Shown here piece after piece: positions 59,946 through 64,000 of a stretch of 64,000 nt of DNA. Under the pieces are notes generated by a model. The model saw only the letters and a list, made by a program, of their open reading frames with translations, was not told the origin of the DNA and searched no databases. The DNA is from the human T2T-CHM13v2.0 reference genome, Homo sapiens. Where the stretch lies: assembly GCF_009914755.1 (NCBI RefSeq), contig NC_060925.1; one strand, 5' to 3'. Every line of letters starts with the position of its first letter. Within the stretch, counting starts at the first letter, position 1. The translations under genes and the position numbers were made by a program.

Positions 59946-61147
59946 GTACATTTTATTTCACTGTTTCATTGGTACTTTATAATTATTTTTAAAATCACTC
60001 AAATCTTTTTTATATGGTTGTTTCAAGAAAGACAGAGATTGATGGAAATTGGCCAACAGGCATAAGCAAAAGATAGAAGTTACTTTGATGCAAGTAAAAG
60101 GGTGCATTATTCTGAGCTATCTAAAGATGGCTATACAAAGTGGGATGTTCAACATTATTCTCTCTATTGAAGAAATTAGCCCCTGGATTCAAATCCCATG
60201 AAAGAACCAGCTACTAATGATACCACCTGACTGAGGAGAGGGTCCTGTGAGGTCATTCAAGATGCTCAGTGCAAGCCCTTCTTGGAGGAGGTGTCCTTTC
60301 ACCCCCATGGCTACTCCCATTGTTGTGAGATAGGCTACATGTGGGCCTGCTAGGCTAGAGCAGCGAGGTACAAACTATAAATAAAATTTCTCAAGTCACA
60401 GATGCATCTTGCTCTGAGAATACTCACCTCCATCCCTGGAGTGAGCCAGTACATTTCTGAGCAAATGTAATCGGTCCAGTTGAATCAGAGGCCAATCTCA
60501 AGCATTCCAAGTTCTGACCATCCAGGCAGAACTGGGCTGCCTGAAGTTCCAACCTCACACTATGTGCTTCTCGCCTCTCTTTCCATGGCACTTCTCTGCA
60601 TACATATTGCTAACGATGAGTCTGATCATTGGCATTTACTATACACTTTTCCACCATATTTCTTCTCAGGCTTCCTCCCATTTCTTTCATAGACCATTCA
60701 TCTCTAGGCTACCTTCTCGCCCCCTTGTTCTTTTCCTCTGTCCCTTTGCTATGAATTTTCCTACGAACATTTCTTCTCCTCCTGAGGCAGTCATCACTAG
60801 CCGTCTCTGGCTTCTCAGTCATTGGAACTCTTGGGTTTGGCACATTGGTTTTTGAAAAACCACTGGACTAAGTGTAGTTGAAACTTACCACTAATGTTGG
60901 TAGTAGTTATTTGGTGAAAATGAGATTTGATTAAGGGGGATTATTTTAAAGATTCAGAAGTGAATCCAGCTTTTAAAAAAGTTCTTTCTTAAAGCCTGGA
61001 ACTTTTCTCTTGTATATTTTACCAAATTTGATGGTTGTGCATCTCAGAACTGAGTTTTGTCAAACTCTTTATAGCTCATGCCAGTACATAAGACAATTGC
61101 TGATCACAGATCCTGAACCACACTTTTTTGTTTGTCCTGGTTACTAG

Positions 61148-61290
61148 TGAGGCCTCTTCCTCCGTGGGACATTAGAATCAAATTTCAAAAGGCTTCCGTG
61201 AGCAGATGTACCCTTTATTGGAGAGATGAGGGACTGGTACTGCTTAATCGACTCAGATATCGGCCCAGTAACAGCAGGCTCTGGAATATG
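61148..61290 (+). CDS. IL12RB2: IL12RB2 coding exon 5 (FNIII D3, first half)
   Basis: ttactag|TGAGG; (V)[47 protein letters not shown]; donor GTAATT; 143 nt. Confidence 0.96.
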
Positions 61291-62221
61291 GTAATTATCT
61301 TTAGAGTGAAGGAAAAAACACTGAAGCATTCTTAATATTGCTGCGCAGACCTCTGTCTTTTCATACAGCAAAAAATAGAGTTTAAGAATATTTATCCCAA
61401 AAGTACACACGAGAGAATTATCAGAAAGTCATGTATGCCTCTGTTGATTAAGAAATATCTTGAATTTTGATCTCTGATTCTGAAATTTTTAAAGCTTTTG
61501 TAAACCAATATTAATTTTCTATAGTTTATTTCTAACAGAGGATTCATTTCTCCTTATTATTTACCCTGTCCTGTTATTATTTTTTAGCATTTAAAAAAGA
61601 TATTGAAAAGAGAAATATTAAGAAATGTCCACAGAGAGTTATATAGAATTTAATATTCCAAAGAAAAGGTCTACAATTTAATATAATATTAGGCATTGCA
61701 TGTTTTAAAATAAAAGGTATAGGATTATGATTCTTTCCGGGATTGTTGTAAAATTCAATGGCTTATAATAACAAAGGATCAGTCCCACAGATAGCTGATA
61801 TTCAAGAGAGTATAACTAATTAAAGGGTTTTTTTTTTTAAAAAAAAAGCCAGTGCTATGTTTGTGTTAAAACATTCATCACATCCTAATTGTAATCAAAT
61901 AAAAAATAATCTCTAGTGTAGAAACTTTGTAGTTTTCAATCTTATTTTTCAGCTGGTTTCAGGATTCCCCTCGAGAACCTACATAGATGGGTTCTTAGTA
62001 CCCAGAGATTTTGTTTTATTTTTAATGAGATGCTATCATTTCAGATTAATATCATATCTATTCGGTAAGACAGTCACTGATATTTCTTCTCATTTAATGG
62101 TAGGTCTGAAAAACAAATAAGATCAAATAGCCTGGGTTTTTTTTTTTTTCATTTTATGTTAAAATTCCTTAAATTAGCAATCTAGTATTAATAGGCACTT
62201 TAAAAAAATGTCTGTTTCAAG

Positions 62222-62372
62222 GTTAATGTTACAAAGGCCAAAGGAAGACATGATTTGCTGGATCTGAAACCATTTACAGAATATGAATTTCAGATTTCCT
62301 CTAAGCTACATCTTTATAAGGGAAGTTGGAGTGATTGGAGTGAATCATTGAGAGCACAAACACCAGAAGAAG
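62222..62372 (+). CDS. IL12RB2: IL12RB2 coding exon 6 (FNIII D3, second half, WSXWS motif)
   Basis: tttcaag|GTTAAT; [50 protein letters not shown]; WSDWS at 62327-62341; donor GTATAT; 151 nt. Confidence 0.97.
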
Positions 62373-63120
62373 GTATATGTCCAAAATATACATACCTATC
62401 GGGGAGCAATAAAGGGGAGAGAGGGGGGAAGATGTAATGATTTCCTTGGAATAGAATCTTTAAACTACTGGTGCTGAATCAAAAAGCATGACTGCATTAG
62501 TTAACAAGTTAATTTTTATATTAACTTAAGTGCTGAAACTGTTCAAGGAAATATGTTTGTGTTGCAAGGAAATTTTTAACATTGGGTAAGTTCTACTCCT
62601 GTTTGCTATCAGTCATGTTGGTTATAATGCTTGGTTATAACTTATCTCTCTTACTATCTCAGTAACTTATTTCACAGAGCTATAACCAGTAATTAATCTC
62701 ATTTCTTGTTAAAGCTTCATATGTTTTATATTTTTGATTCTATGAAAAGTAATGTGGCTCAATAAGCCATATGGAAAGCTTGAAAGAAAGTAGGCTCTGG
62801 AGACACATATTTCAAAATAAAATTTAGCATCCAGCAATCCTCTCTTGTCCAAATATTATAACACTGTACTTCAAGCCTTTGATATTTACTGCACAAATGA
62901 GAACCACCTGGCCACCCATAACTATGAAAAGGATATCAAATGTGTTTTTCAGTCTGATGAATTTTTCTTTTTTAGTAATTATTGGGAAGGGAATGTTATT
63001 GAAGTATAAGAAAATATTTTATTGAAGCAAAAATGCCTATGTAAACTTTATGCCAATATTAAATCTTTGGAGACACAAGAAATAGCCATCTGAATATTAG
63101 TTTTTAAAAGCACTCATTTA

Positions 63121-63513
<393 letters not shown>

Positions 63514-63740
63514 TCATTATCTGGAGCTTTTGTAACATTAACGTGCAAAATCTAAATTCTTATTTGTGAAATTTATGGATATGTGTGCATGTAAACTAGC
63601 CTCATAATTAAGTTGCATTTATTTTCTGTGAGCTACTAATGGCTTTTGATAACTGATGATCCTTAGCAATCATACATCAATGACATTCAAGGAACGGAAG
63701 GGCCTTTAGCAGAATATAATACCTAATATATGATTCATAG

Positions 63741-64000
<260 letters not shown>

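Overview
Primate (human-like) genomic DNA, rich in Alu, L1, L2, MIR and LTR repeats. The right-hand 25 kb holds the 5' part of IL12RB2 (interleukin-12 receptor beta 2, + strand): CpG-island promoter and non-coding exon 1, then six coding exons (958 nt of CDS: signal peptide, Ig-like D1, cytokine-binding D2-D3 with WSDWS). All have GT-AG junctions and consistent phases, and the gene runs off the window. The left 38 kb is intergenic (from recall, the IL23R-IL12RB2 interval). It holds a processed DNAJB6 (short isoform b) pseudogene, a 5'-truncated L1PA, a deleted HERV-L provirus with its 5' MLT2A LTR, and several solo LTRs. I see no convincing new gene or wholly new biological system. The best leads are regulatory or evolutionary: sense-oriented LTR promoters with DUX4 motifs and splice donors upstream of the ATG-bearing exon, a candidate MIR-derived 5'UTR exon with a uORF, STAT/GATA/octamer clusters in introns 1-2, one target site used by two successive retrotranspositions, and an unexplained 75-bp duplication flanking a coding exon. 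Repeat subfamily names come from recognising consensus-like sequence by eye, and repeat boundaries are approximate.
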